The notes under the pieces were generated by a model, which saw only the letters and a list, made by a program, of their open reading frames with translations, had not been told where the DNA came from and made no database searches. The translations under genes were made by a program, and so were the position numbers. A DNA stretch of 64,000 nucleotides from a virus: IMG/VR virus record IMGVR_UViG_3300031595_000166, positions 1 through 64,000 of that record, one strand, 5' to 3'. This document shows positions 40,907 to 50,848 of this stretch, piece after piece; the stretch's first letter is position 1; each line of letters opens with the position of its first letter.

Positions 40907-41428
40907 TTAATAGGAATTATATATTCCTATATTTATTTTTGTTTCACCAATAATATCAATAAGTTGGCTTACTTGTTTTGTATGTTTTGATGCCATATTT
41001 TTGCAATCAGCAAGTATATTTTGCATCATAATTTTTAACTCAGGATGCTTACGACCTTCTTCAATTGCATTTAGTGTTTCTTGTTTCAGATTATTTTCTA
41101 CTACTTGATATGCGCTTATTTTATTTATAGACAATGTCGCACATTCGAATTGATTTTCTGTATGTTGTCCTCGCTTTTTTTTACTAACTAAATTGACAAT
41201 AACATTAGGTGGAACAACATACCAAGCATTATCTTTGCTATTATATACAACTAACGGAATATATTTCACCGCTCTTACTTGATTAATAGTTTCAACTGCT
41301 TCTTTTATTTCTCCGTTATCATCGCCAAAACAAAAATCACCATCTACTTTATTTTTTGATTTTGACGCACCAGTGATCTGCATATAGTATTTCTCTGCCG
41401 ACAAACCACTATTAGATATACCACTCAT
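40907..41428 (-). CDS. probable PD-(D/E)xK nuclease, candidate restriction partner of the MTase
   Basis: G..AE...D...EIK catalytic pattern; directly upstream of the MTase. Confidence 0.45.
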   Translation of the reverse strand: MSGISNSGLSAEKYYMQITGASKSKNKVDGDFCFGDDNGEIKEAVETINQVRAVKYIPLVVYNSKDNAWYVVPPNVIVNLVSKKKRGQHTENQFECATLSINKISAYQVVENNLKQETLNAIEEGRKHPELKIMMQNILADCKNMASKHTKQVSQLIDIIGETKINIGIYNSY

Positions 41429-41435
41429 AAATAAC

Positions 41436-41804
41436 CTACGATATCCTCGCTAAATCTTCAACACTCACATACATCTCAATCGCATTCTTTGCGCCTTTGA
41501 TTAGATCACGCGATATCTTTTCACCTGTTGCATACGAAAGATCTATCATGTATTTTTCAGTCAATCTCCAACCACCATCATTTTCTTTGCTAAACTCATA
41601 CATAACTTCTTCTTCGGTAGGATCTCTTCGCAACCACCAACACCAACGACTGTTCATCCGCTTCTTCAATGATGCCCTAATCTTATCCATCGTCTCTTTA
41701 TATCGTGTTTCTTTTCTTGCTTTCGCCCAAGCAAGATATTTTTCCGCAATATGAACAACTTCCTTCGGATCCATTTTAACTAATGATGTATTTGGACAAG
41801 TCAT
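41436..41804 (-). CDS. hypothetical protein
   Basis: 122 aa ORF with GAGG RBS. Confidence 0.6.
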   Translation of the reverse strand: MTCPNTSLVKMDPKEVVHIAEKYLAWAKARKETRYKETMDKIRASLKKRMNSRWCWWLRRDPTEEEVMYEFSKENDGGWRLTEKYMIDLSYATGEKISRDLIKGAKNAIEMYVSVEDLARIS

Positions 41805-41811
41805 TTTATCC

Positions 41812-42204
41812 TCACTTCAATAATAAACACACATCGCATTGACATCTAAACCAACCACCACTGGGAACAATCGTGCCCGGACGACCACATCGTTCGCAAG
41901 TCTTTGCGCTTTGCTCTTCTGCTTCGTTGATGGCTTGCGTCATTTCATCCGTCTCTGCTGACATATACCAGCGCAACATTCCAAACTTTTCCTTGCATTG
42001 ACTTGCTTTATATTTTCCGCGTTCCTCTTCTGGCAATGCTAAAATCATTGCTTCAAGTTTTGCTGATAGCGCCTCTGTTAGCAAGAACCAACCATCCCCA
42101 TATGAGAAACCAAACCGCATCAATGATTTACTTGATGGGTCAATCGCACTCACATATAGATTAGGATATGCTTTGATTAGTGTTTCTTCAAGTTCTTTTT
42201 TCAT
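41812..42204 (-). CDS. conserved phage hypothetical protein with C-terminal zinc ribbon
   Basis: GDGWF, QCKEKFGMLRWY and CERCG...CDVC. Confidence 0.7.
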   Translation of the reverse strand: MKKELEETLIKAYPNLYVSAIDPSSKSLMRFGFSYGDGWFLLTEALSAKLEAMILALPEEERGKYKASQCKEKFGMLRWYMSAETDEMTQAINEAEEQSAKTCERCGRPGTIVPSGGWFRCQCDVCLLLK

Positions 42205-42718
42205 TGTTTCATATACTCTTTTTCAATGGCACGCAGGTTCTTTGTCAGGAGAATATCTTGTTGATCTTTACTTAAATCAATCCGTGTAATGTTTCTTTCA
42301 TTTATATTTCCGCGAAACACAACAAAACAATAATCATAATAGATATCCTCATCAAAATCAAACTCTTTTTCTACCCAACCTCTTGCGCCATCAATAACTA
42401 ATTCTGGTGCGGAATAAAATCCGATAGCACAATGATCTGTTTCACCATCATCATTTTTAATATCAACCGATAGATAGTAAATTGTATTGTTCATTGGAAA
42501 ATATATCCCTTCTTGCCATCTTTATCTCGAAGTAAAATAAATTACACTAAACATCAGCATCGTAAATATACTGAATGTCATCATATAAGAAAGAAAATCT
42601 TCCTTTGTCTGATCACGATTTCCTAAAATATATCTTCGTATTAGCCAAAATGCACAAGCCAGTGGCAATCCGGGGATACCAACGATAGCGTAAATCCATA
42701 GAATTACATTATGTCTGT

Positions 42719-43054
42719 TCATTGAACACTTATCATAATATATAGTATGAACCAAACAACTTTACAAGCAACATGCAAAATCTGATCTACATGAATGTTA
42801 TATTTGCCTTCGCATTTGAAAAAATCGATCCAAAAATGTGCAATTGTTTCTGCAATGCCAAGCCAAACATTTTGTGTAATCAATGCAACTGCGCCACCGT
42901 GTATTAGGGCATGGCTCAATAACCAATACTGCCACGGGACGGATTTTTGTAATGCCGTATTAGCGTTTCGATTTTTATTGATCGCAGTAGCATCGCCTTG
43001 CAATGGGAAGTCGCATAGGGCGTGCGCGGCAAGTAGGAAGAATAGGATTATCAT
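42719..43054 (-). CDS. DUF3307-family membrane protein, probably leaderless
   Basis: AHALCDFPLQ, HALIHG, HFWIDFFK and DQILH. Confidence 0.8.
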   Translation of the reverse strand: MIILFFLLAAHALCDFPLQGDATAINKNRNANTALQKSVPWQYWLLSHALIHGGAVALITQNVWLGIAETIAHFWIDFFKCEGKYNIHVDQILHVACKVVWFILYIMISVQ

Positions 43055-43060
43055 CTGCTC

Positions 43061-43089
43061 AATGTAAGGCGCCGTGTGGCTGTTGTCAA
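43061..43089 (-). promoter_or_regulatory. sigma70-type promoter
   Basis: TTGACA-17-TACATT. Confidence 0.8.
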
Positions 43090-43099
43090 GACGCCGGTG

Positions 43100-43405
43100 T
43101 TAGATTAGTAAAAGATATTTATCTACTTCTTTGGAATATTTATGATATTGTAATATCTGGCATTTGATATCATTGACGGCATCGCTCAATGATATATTCG
43201 GATATTTATTTTTGAACCATCTAAATCCAAGCGCTAAATTATGTGCAACATTTAGATTTCTTATCTCATATACATCAATAATATGTATTGTTAGACTAAA
43301 TCTTACTGCACCATAACAATATGCGTTTCCACCTGTGTCTTCAAAATCGTCATCTATAATTGTGTAAATATCTTGTTGAACATCGCGAGAATAAGACCTA
43401 AACAT
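43100..43405 (-). CDS. family A small protein
   Basis: IIDDDF...VYEIRNLNVAHNL...DKYLLLI. Confidence 0.75.
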   Translation of the reverse strand: MFRSYSRDVQQDIYTIIDDDFEDTGGNAYCYGAVRFSLTIHIIDVYEIRNLNVAHNLALGFRWFKNKYPNISLSDAVNDIKCQILQYHKYSKEVDKYLLLI

Positions 43406-44420
43406 TGTTCAATCTTTTTACAACTTCAATCAATACTTCTTTTTCGACTGCAAGGTTCATCCTAATATAACCATCTTGTCCGCCGAAGTGTTTCCCATCC
43501 GCAACATTCACTTTGGCTTTCTCAAAAACATCTGGACGCAAACATTTTGACCATAGGAACATCCCCGGCACATCAACAATATCCTCTGGCACATCAAGAA
43601 TATCTTTACGAATAGATTTGATTATGGTCTTGTTTTCAATTAGTCCTTCTTGACATCGTTGAATAAAAACATCATATGTTTCTTTTTGTTCGAGGTCGGT
43701 TAGCAATTCAAGAACAATGCTTTGACTAATTGTTGATACACCAACTGTCATCATTTCAATATATTCTTGGATCAGGTGGTAGAACTCGGGATTATTGCAA
43801 ACTGCTATTCCAACGCGAAGTCCTGATAATCCTAACCCCTTGCTAATAGAATATATCTGCACATCACCTAATGATCCGAACCCTTCATATTTAGGAAAAT
43901 ATATTGGTGAGTTATATACCTCATCTAATATAAACGGAATATCGAGATCTTTATGCCAATACGCTAAATGCTTTGCTTGTTCAGCGGTTATCATATACCC
44001 ATCTGGATTTCTTGGTAAAACCGCAAGATATGCATTATAATCACTTTGATCGCTAACTTGTTCAAGATTGTGGGCTTGAATAATTGGGGGTAATAAACAC
44101 CAATAAGGTGATGATAGTCCTAATTTTTTTTTACCTAATTTATTTAAAGCGTAGAACACCGCCCCCAAGCAATTTTTTGCTCCATTACATATAACTACTG
44201 GTGCTTGGTATTTATTTTCTAAAAACTTTACCAATGGCGGGTAGCCAGTAGGCTGTTGATATTCACACTTGTTATTTGAATATAAATCAATATTTAATTG
44301 ATTTTGAGATCGATATAAATCTAGTGTGGTAAATAGAGCATCACGAACTATACGCGCTTCACCAACGGCGAGATCAATAGTACCATCAAAAAAATTATTT
44401 TTAACTAGAAAATTATTCAT
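43398..44420 (-). CDS. PLP-dependent aminotransferase class I/II
   Basis: PRNPDG, ILDEVY, SISKGLGLSGLRVG (PLP lysine) and YIRMN. Confidence 0.9.
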   Translation of the reverse strand: MNNFLVKNNFFDGTIDLAVGEARIVRDALFTTLDLYRSQNQLNIDLYSNNKCEYQQPTGYPPLVKFLENKYQAPVVICNGAKNCLGAVFYALNKLGKKKLGLSSPYWCLLPPIIQAHNLEQVSDQSDYNAYLAVLPRNPDGYMITAEQAKHLAYWHKDLDIPFILDEVYNSPIYFPKYEGFGSLGDVQIYSISKGLGLSGLRVGIAVCNNPEFYHLIQEYIEMMTVGVSTISQSIVLELLTDLEQKETYDVFIQRCQEGLIENKTIIKSIRKDILDVPEDIVDVPGMFLWSKCLRPDVFEKAKVNVADGKHFGGQDGYIRMNLAVEKEVLIEVVKRLNNV

Positions 44421-44439
44421 AATTTGATATATATCCAGT

Positions 44440-45105
44440 ATGATTACTATCTATAAAATTACCTGCCTCGTAAATAAAAAAATCTACATTGGGCAAACTA
44501 AAAATAAAATTGAAAAAAGGCTTAACTATCATAAATGGTCTGCCAGACGGCAAAAAATGAGTTGCCCTAAATTAGAAAAGGCTATAAATTATTATGGTGC
44601 AGATAATTTTGTTATTGAACAATTGGCTAATACTGAAACTCGCGAAGAAGCCGATCTTCTTGAAGAAGAATACATATCAAAATATGATAGTATCAAACTT
44701 GGATATAATATACAATCGGGCGGAACCGGTGGTAATAGAGTTATTGTTGGATCTAAAAACCCCAATGCTAAACTAACTGATCAACAAGTAAATGAGATAC
44801 GGATATTGCTTGACAATAAATCTATAAAACAAAAAGATATAGCAGATAAGTATGATGTTCATACAACTACTATTCAGCGAATATCATATAATGTTGGCTG
44901 GCACGAAAATGATATCAAGCCAACACGCAGAAAACAACGCTCCATAAAAAAATGGACTACACTCACTGAGGAAAAGGTAAAAGAGATAAAAACACTTTTG
45001 AAAGAAGAAAAGATGGATATAATTGATATAGCCAATCTATATGGCGTATGCTACGCTAGTATTTCACACATCAAAAATGAACGCACTTGGAAACATGTTA
45101 AATAA
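44440..45105 (+). CDS. GIY-YIG homing endonuclease with HTH repeats
   Basis: IYKITCLVNKKIYIGQT, GYNIQSGG and two LT...V.EI...IA..Y.V HTH repeats; opposite strand. Confidence 0.85.
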   Translation: MITIYKITCLVNKKIYIGQTKNKIEKRLNYHKWSARRQKMSCPKLEKAINYYGADNFVIEQLANTETREEADLLEEEYISKYDSIKLGYNIQSGGTGGNRVIVGSKNPNAKLTDQQVNEIRILLDNKSIKQKDIADKYDVHTTTIQRISYNVGWHENDIKPTRRKQRSIKKWTTLTEEKVKEIKTLLKEEKMDIIDIANLYGVCYASISHIKNERTWKHVK

Positions 45106-45110
45106 ATTAC

Positions 45111-46277
45111 TCATATTAGCATCAAGTATTTCTCGATTTCTTTATCGTATAAGTGATTGGTGAATTCGGTTGCGAGTTTTAGGATGTCATTTGTGCTACG
45201 AGATTGCACAAACGCAATACCACGCGCTAAATTAGCAGCAATATTCAGTCCTCTTCTATGGTATTCGAAAACTATTGCTTCCCAATAAGAATTAGCACCA
45301 ATAGTAATACTAAAATCAGTATCAATAATAGTTATTATGAATGTATAACCACTAATGCTTTTATATGGATCATATTTCCAATCTAATGATTTTAGCATTA
45401 TAATAACATCATATATTTCTCGATCTCTCGATCGTATTTATTATGTGTAAATTTGATCATATACTCGAAGGCTGTCGGGAAATTCAATCTATCAACAATA
45501 TATCTATATGTCAAACACAAGTTCTTTGCAACATTCAATTGTCGCTTCTCATATTCTTTTGCGACGGCTTCCCAAAAAGTATTTTCGCGAACCAAGGCAC
45601 AAAAATCAGTATCAGTTATTTCAAAACTATACCGATAGTTATCCGCTGGCGGTGGAACTTCACTATCATTTAGTAATTTGATTGATTGAAACATTTATAG
45701 CAACATCATATATTTTTCGAGTTCTTCGCGATATGGTTTTATGTTGGGAGTGTATTTTATAACAAAACTATATAACTCTTGTTTTGTAATGTAATCAGGT
45801 TCATACTTTTGAATTGCAGTCAATAAATTTTTGACGACATTTAGATTTCGCCGTTCATATACTTCTATTATAGATTGCCATAAAAATTTACTACTATGAA
45901 CTTCAATGAAGTCATCATCAATAATTTTCCACTCTTTTTTAGAATGATTGTATTCGTAAGAATTATACATTTGATTATACCAACATCAAGTATTTATCAA
46001 CTTCATCACTGTACTTAGCAAACTCTGGCTTAGTCTTGTAATATTCATATGTCTCCACAACATTTGGATTATTTTGAATATAGACCGCTAAGTTAGCAGG
46101 AACATTTAGATTGCGACGCCCATATACATCAACGATTGCTTCGAAGACCGACCAACAGTCAGCCGTTTCTTCAAAATCAGTATCAATGATTCTGATTGAC
46201 ACTGACAATAAAACTTCTACGCCAGATTGTTTTTTGTCATTCTTAGTTTTGACGATTGGTTCGGCGGCGAGGAACAT
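45111..46277 (-). CDS. four tandem family A proteins (45111..45398, 45398..45694, 45695..45970, 45975..46277)
   Basis: All have D(T/D)DF...(W/F)..(I/V)...Y..R.LN(V/I)..NL and tail (E/D)KY(L/M)ML(I/L/V). Confidence 0.8.
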
Positions 46278-46658
46278 TTAGAACCTAAAATAAGTATCAG
46301 TGTTATTATGTGGAAACCAGCATCCGTATTCATTGGGGCTTATTGAATAATAAACTTTCTTTACGCGCTTGGCTCGTAGCACATTGGCACAATCAGGGCA
46401 AGGTCGTGCGATAGCCAGTGAATTATCACGACGCAACATTCTAACTATATAGAATACTCCGTTAAAATCGATCTTTTTTGCAGTTCGATATTCCGCGTGG
46501 GCTTTTCGATCTGGTTCAGCCACTGGCGAATTGGGCGCGCCTACAATAACACCGTCGTTTCTTACACATAGAGCACCTACCTTAAACGATCTTTTATCGT
46601 CTTTGGAAAGAGCAATTTTTTCTGCAAGATCAAAATAATAGCGGACTGAACTGCGCAT
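46278..46658 (-). CDS. zinc-dependent deaminase (cytidine/dCMP deaminase fold), probably leaderless
   Basis: VGA, HAE and PCPDC motifs; start set at MRSSV, 7 nt after the -10 box. Confidence 0.8.
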   Translation of the reverse strand: MRSSVRYYFDLAEKIALSKDDKRSFKVGALCVRNDGVIVGAPNSPVAEPDRKAHAEYRTAKKIDFNGVFYIVRMLRRDNSLAIARPCPDCANVLRAKRVKKVYYSISPNEYGCWFPHNNTDTYFRF

Positions 46659-46664
46659 ATGGTC

Positions 46665-46693
46665 AAGGTAAGGCTCGGACGCTGGCTTGTCAA
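46665..46693 (-). promoter_or_regulatory. sigma70-type promoter
   Basis: TTGACA-17-TACCTT. Confidence 0.7.
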
Positions 46694-46753
46694 GCCCGGA
46701 CGCCCACACAAAACTACATACCTAAAAACTCAATGATATCAAGTAGTTATCTG

Positions 46754-46828
46754 TCGGACGAGGGAGGCTCGAACTCCCGACCTGCGATTTATAAGTCCGC
46801 TGCTCTAAACCTGCTGAGCTATCGTCCG
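46754..46828 (-). tRNA. tRNA-Ile (anticodon UAU), CCA not encoded
   Basis: CGGACGA/TCGTCCG acceptor stem, GCTC/GAGC D stem, anticodon loop CTTATAA and GGGAG-TTCGAGC-CTCCC T arm. Confidence 0.9.
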
Positions 46829-46840
46829 GTATTCAAAACT

Positions 46841-47260
46841 CTAAAACTGTAAATCGCCTTCCAACACCGCCTTATTATTCACAACGCTAACAATCTTCTT
46901 ATACTCACTAAAAACTTCCGGCAATGGATTGACCGCAGCAACTTCAACCTTCTTCACTTCATACCCCAACGCCTTTACCAATGCTTCCTTATCATTCTCT
47001 GCAATATCCACACCATACTTATTCGGCAACACTTTCAACGCCTCAGCATCAAAAATCACTCTCGTATTCACAACAAAATCCGTAATGTATAATACGAATA
47101 ATGATGTTCCAACTCTATGCTTGGCGCTTATTACATATAAGCCTGACGACAACATTATATTGACTTTTCGATTTTGTTGCTTATTCTTTTGAGTTTTATT
47201 AGCACGATGAGGATGAGCACAAACAAGTTCACCACATAGATGGCATTGATTTTTATTCAT
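46841..47260 (-). CDS. hypothetical protein with N-terminal CxxCG..CxHPHR motif
   Basis: N-terminal motif shared with 49757..50848. Confidence 0.55.
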   Translation of the reverse strand: MNKNQCHLCGELVCAHPHRANKTQKNKQQNRKVNIMLSSGLYVISAKHRVGTSLFVLYITDFVVNTRVIFDAEALKVLPNKYGVDIAENDKEALVKALGYEVKKVEVAAVNPLPEVFSEYKKIVSVVNNKAVLEGDLQF

Positions 47261-47261
47261 A

Positions 47262-47570
47262 TCATTTACCCTTCAACAATAGATATATATTTACCAAACT
47301 ATCATACTCTTCAAGCAAGTCAGGATACTCTTCTTTGACAAACTCTCGTAGATATCCGAGGGAGTGGCAACTAGTAAAATACTTACTCATCACTAATTCG
47401 CGAATAGCATCCTCGGGCAAAATCCCCTGCCTCTTCGCCAGATCCATATAACTCTTCAATCCTTTATACTTGATGCCCATCACTAATTCGCGAATAACAT
47501 CCTCGGGCAAAATCCCCTGCCTCTTCGCCAGATCCATATAACTCTTCAATCCTTTATACTTGATGCCCAT
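47262..47570 (-). CDS. small protein with a duplicated 30-aa N-terminus
   Basis: MGIKYKGLKSYMDLAKRQGILPED(V/A)IRELV occurs twice. Confidence 0.7.
   Translation of the reverse strand: MGIKYKGLKSYMDLAKRQGILPEDVIRELVMGIKYKGLKSYMDLAKRQGILPEDAIRELVMSKYFTSCHSLGYLREFVKEEYPDLLEEYDSLVNIYLLLKGK
47391..47570. repeat. 90-bp tandem direct duplication, 1 mismatch
   Basis: 47391-47480 versus 47481-47570. Confidence 0.95.
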
Positions 47571-48018
47571 TATGCCAGCACATTCATTTCATCGAACCAT
47601 TGCAATAATTGTGGATAGTTCTGTTCCATATGCTTACGAATCCTCATCATATTATGATGAATGTTTCCGTTATGAGCACACTTGATTGAATTACGATATG
47701 CCGTCTTGACATCAAGAAACTTATACTTGATCTCGTAATCAAGCACCTGTTCTACTGTGCCAAGCAATGGGTAATTGGAAAACATTACACTAACACCAGT
47801 AATCCATCAAACCATTCCAAAAGAATGGGATTATTTTTTTCAATATGTTCGCGTATAGCTGGCATAACAACATCTTTACCAGTCTTATTTTTTTTATAAT
47901 TATTCCATTCCTTTACCAAGAAACTGTATCCTGTTTTCGTATCCCAATTATGTTCAGGAGCATATTTGCTCATAAACCATTCAATATTATCATATGGGGT
48001 AATTTTTGTCGTAGACAT
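47570..48018 (-). CDS. two tandem paralogs (47570..47785 and 47785..48018)
   Basis: Shared D.KT.Y and IR.H.E.N.P.LL.WFD...VL. Confidence 0.7.
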
Positions 48019-48101
48019 AAACTACACCTTTGAATCAACCAGATGACTCAATACTGGAATGATGAATACCATTACGAATAGTAATACAATACCTACAACC
48101 A

Positions 48102-48347
48102 TCATTGCTTTGTTTCCTCAACCACCGCAACAACGCCACCAGCCTTCGCCAGACGTGCCCGTTGCTTCTTTGCGCCAAGCCCCACGCCGAGCCTAGAATC
48201 AAGCATAGCGACCTTTTGCGCAGTGGTCAAGCTCTCGTAGCCCGTCTGTCGTTCAAGCGCTTCCTCGCGCTTGTGCTTTGAATTATCGGGACGAGGACCG
48301 CTACCGTCAGGATGCTTACGATTATTGTTTTGTCTTTTGCCGGGCAT
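48102..48347 (-). CDS. small basic hypothetical protein
   Basis: GGAG RBS; LD.RLG...GAKKQRARL pattern. Confidence 0.65.
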   Translation of the reverse strand: MPGKRQNNNRKHPDGSGPRPDNSKHKREEALERQTGYESLTTAQKVAMLDSRLGVGLGAKKQRARLAKAGGVVAVVEETKQ

Positions 48348-48502
48348 TTGATTTATCTCCTTCTATAATTTCCAAAATGAACGATTGAATGAACACTTCT
48401 TGCAGATAGCAGAAACCTTGGTTCCTTCGTGAGAGCCACCGTCATCACGAATGATTGCAGAACCAACTTCTAATTTTCCATATTAGCCAAGTCATATGAT
48501 CC

Positions 48503-48856
48503 TTAATTTAGTTTCTTATCAGTATTAGTAGCCTTCAATTCAGGAACACCAGCATTACTTGCAATCCACATAGTGTCTAATGCAAACACTGTAATGATCA
48601 CGGAATAATGTTTGCCTTTTGCGCCATTGATGATTGACATCACATCAGTATTCAACTCATTTACAGCGAACTCTTTACCAGACAATCGTTCTACGCGCAA
48701 TGCAATCAATACACTAAAACCATTATCAGATTTTAAACTGGTTGCTTTCCCATCAGCAGCAGATATAGCATAGCCTCGTTCAACCAATTTAGCAACAACG
48801 ATTTCTTCATAGGAAGCGTCAGGTGCAGTGATCCACAGGTGATATGTTTTGTTCAT
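48503..48856 (-). CDS. hypothetical protein, probable paralog of 1..381
   Basis: See evidence for 1..381. Confidence 0.6.
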   Translation of the reverse strand: MNKTYHLWITAPDASYEEIVVAKLVERGYAISAADGKATSLKSDNGFSVLIALRVERLSGKEFAVNELNTDVMSIINGAKGKHYSVIITVFALDTMWIASNAGVPELKATNTDKKLN

Positions 48857-49788
48857 TTGTCTGCCATAAAATTACTTGCAATATCAGCTCCGGGAACATG
48901 TGCTGTCAATTTCATAATAACAATTAGCGCAATGACCGTCAATACATAAGACGCAATTGTAATAACTATTTGCCTTGCGTTCATAATATCTGGATGCTTA
49001 TATTTCTTGATACGTTCAGCCTTATACTTTTCATAAAAACTAAGATCTTGACCCCACTTTGCTTTAAAAGTCGCATTACGATTTTCAAGATCTTCCATAT
49101 CGGTTCTTGAATGCTTACGATTAAGATAGATACCAATCAGATCTAATAGCCCAAGACCTGCAACGAACCCCATAAGTCCAATATGAAACTTGAACAATAC
49201 AAAAATACAAGCGACAACGGAAAGACTCATACATATCATGCCAACTTTTTCACTGATAGACATAGCGATTGTTTTCATAACCTGCCCGCCATCGAGCATG
49301 CCTAATGGGAAGCAGTTGAATAAATTCAGCATCGCCATCCATCCAGCAGCGGCAGCAAGCATTGGCAATCCAGTGATTAGGTATGCAACATATGTTGCAA
49401 TCGCCAATGCTAATCCTCCGATTGGTCCAGCCAATGCAATGAATGCGTTATCAGCATATGTCTTATATTTGTCTTCGGCAATCGCTACTCCTCCAATGAA
49501 TGGAAGAAAATAGAATCCCTTGGTTCGAATGCCTTTTAGTTTCATCGCAAAAACATGCGAAGATTCATGGAATCCCAATGCAATAACAAGTAGCAGAGCG
49601 AATTTCCAAGTAAAAAGGTATGCATATGAGGCAAAACTAACAGCAAACAAGCCAACCTTGATTAGCTTTGTCATCTTCAACAACTTAGGAAGATATGTTA
49701 AGATCTTTGCTCCAAACTTTGCAAGCAATCCCCAAAATCCAGTTTTAGACTTTTTTTCAACCGTCGAATTCATAACCGCTGAATCCAT
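48853..49788 (-). CDS. site-2 protease (M50) family membrane metalloprotease
   Basis: HESSH zinc motif, IALAGP, LNLFNCFPLGMLDGG and several TM helices; start approximate. Confidence 0.88.
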   Translation of the reverse strand: MDSAVMNSTVEKKSKTGFWGLLAKFGAKILTYLPKLLKMTKLIKVGLFAVSFASYAYLFTWKFALLLVIALGFHESSHVFAMKLKGIRTKGFYFLPFIGGVAIAEDKYKTYADNAFIALAGPIGGLALAIATYVAYLITGLPMLAAAAGWMAMLNLFNCFPLGMLDGGQVMKTIAMSISEKVGMICMSLSVVACIFVLFKFHIGLMGFVAGLGLLDLIGIYLNRKHSRTDMEDLENRNATFKAKWGQDLSFYEKYKAERIKKYKHPDIMNARQIVITIASYVLTVIALIVIMKLTAHVPGADIASNFMADK

Positions 49789-50848
49789 GGAACCTTCCTG
49801 TACTCTGTTGCTGACCATATGTAGTTATACTTGGCGATGATGAGTTTTTCAACTTATCAGCCAATTCACCATAACTTTTTGTCTGAGTAAACAACACTTT
49901 GCCATCATCTGGATCATAAGTGATCTTGATATCCTGCTTCATTGATTTACGGAATAGCCTATATGCGTGCTTTGGATTTACTCGGAAGTACAGCATTGCA
50001 CGCTTGATCTCGGTCATAAGTTCATTCTGATAGCAGATACGATCTGGAACACAATCATCGTTATCCCAAGACGAATATTGACCTCTGCGAGACAGTTTAC
50101 AACTGATAGTATAATACTCTTCAAGAGTGTCATAAACTGTATGGATTGTTAATCGCTCCCAGTCTTTGGAAACATAGGATGAGTATCCAGTGCCATAATA
50201 CGAAGTATTCTGAATCGATGAAACTTCATTCGTCCAAAACACAACTGTAAAATCTGAATACCTACCAGACTTCGATGAACTGCTAGCAGAACATACTTGA
50301 TTTAGTTCTCGGAACTTATACTTTTCAAGTGATTGAAGCGTTGGCTTCTTTTCTGATTTTGATATTACGGATGACCATGTAGTCTCGGTTGATTTTGGTG
50401 TGCTCGTAGTTGTTGTAATATCTGAAACTCTAACGAGAGCAGCAGAAGACGCTTGTGTTGCGGAGGATACATTGTCTTTGATTTGTGCTGTATATGCGTG
50501 AGTTTTCAAGTGATTGGTTAGATAGTTGACATGGATATTGGCAGTGCATAGACTACACTTTACCCAGTCTTTGACATTAGAGAGATTGCTTGGCTCTGTC
50601 ATTGGCTTTGTCTCTTTTGGAAAATCACGGTTTTGAATTGATAGCGGGTTGCCATCATCATCAAGAACATCTGAATGACTGTCTGTATATGTAATATGAA
50701 CCTGCTCGCCAAGTTTCTCACCCAACGCAAGGGATGAATTGCGGTCATGAATATTATGATTCTGATTATTGAAACTGCTTCGGGATTGATTGCGATGAGG
50801 ATGTTCGCAGATCATTTGCCCGCATAAGTAGCATATACCTTGTATCAT
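49757..50848 (-). CDS. hypothetical protein with zinc-finger motifs and Ser/Thr-rich linker
   Basis: CYLCG...CEHPHR and CSLC...HLKTH. Confidence 0.7.
   Translation of the reverse strand: MIQGICYLCGQMICEHPHRNQSRSSFNNQNHNIHDRNSSLALGEKLGEQVHITYTDSHSDVLDDDGNPLSIQNRDFPKETKPMTEPSNLSNVKDWVKCSLCTANIHVNYLTNHLKTHAYTAQIKDNVSSATQASSAALVRVSDITTTTSTPKSTETTWSSVISKSEKKPTLQSLEKYKFRELNQVCSASSSSKSGRYSDFTVVFWTNEVSSIQNTSYYGTGYSSYVSKDWERLTIHTVYDTLEEYYTISCKLSRRGQYSSWDNDDCVPDRICYQNELMTEIKRAMLYFRVNPKHAYRLFRKSMKQDIKITYDPDDGKVLFTQTKSYGELADKLKNSSSPSITTYGQQQSTGRFHGFSGYEFDG

Noticed and set aside
9667-46277. Integron-like cassettes, with the shared gene ends acting as recombination sites
   Set aside because: There are no attC-like inverted repeats, genes abut or overlap with no intergenic site, no integrase is present, and the motif varies synonymously.
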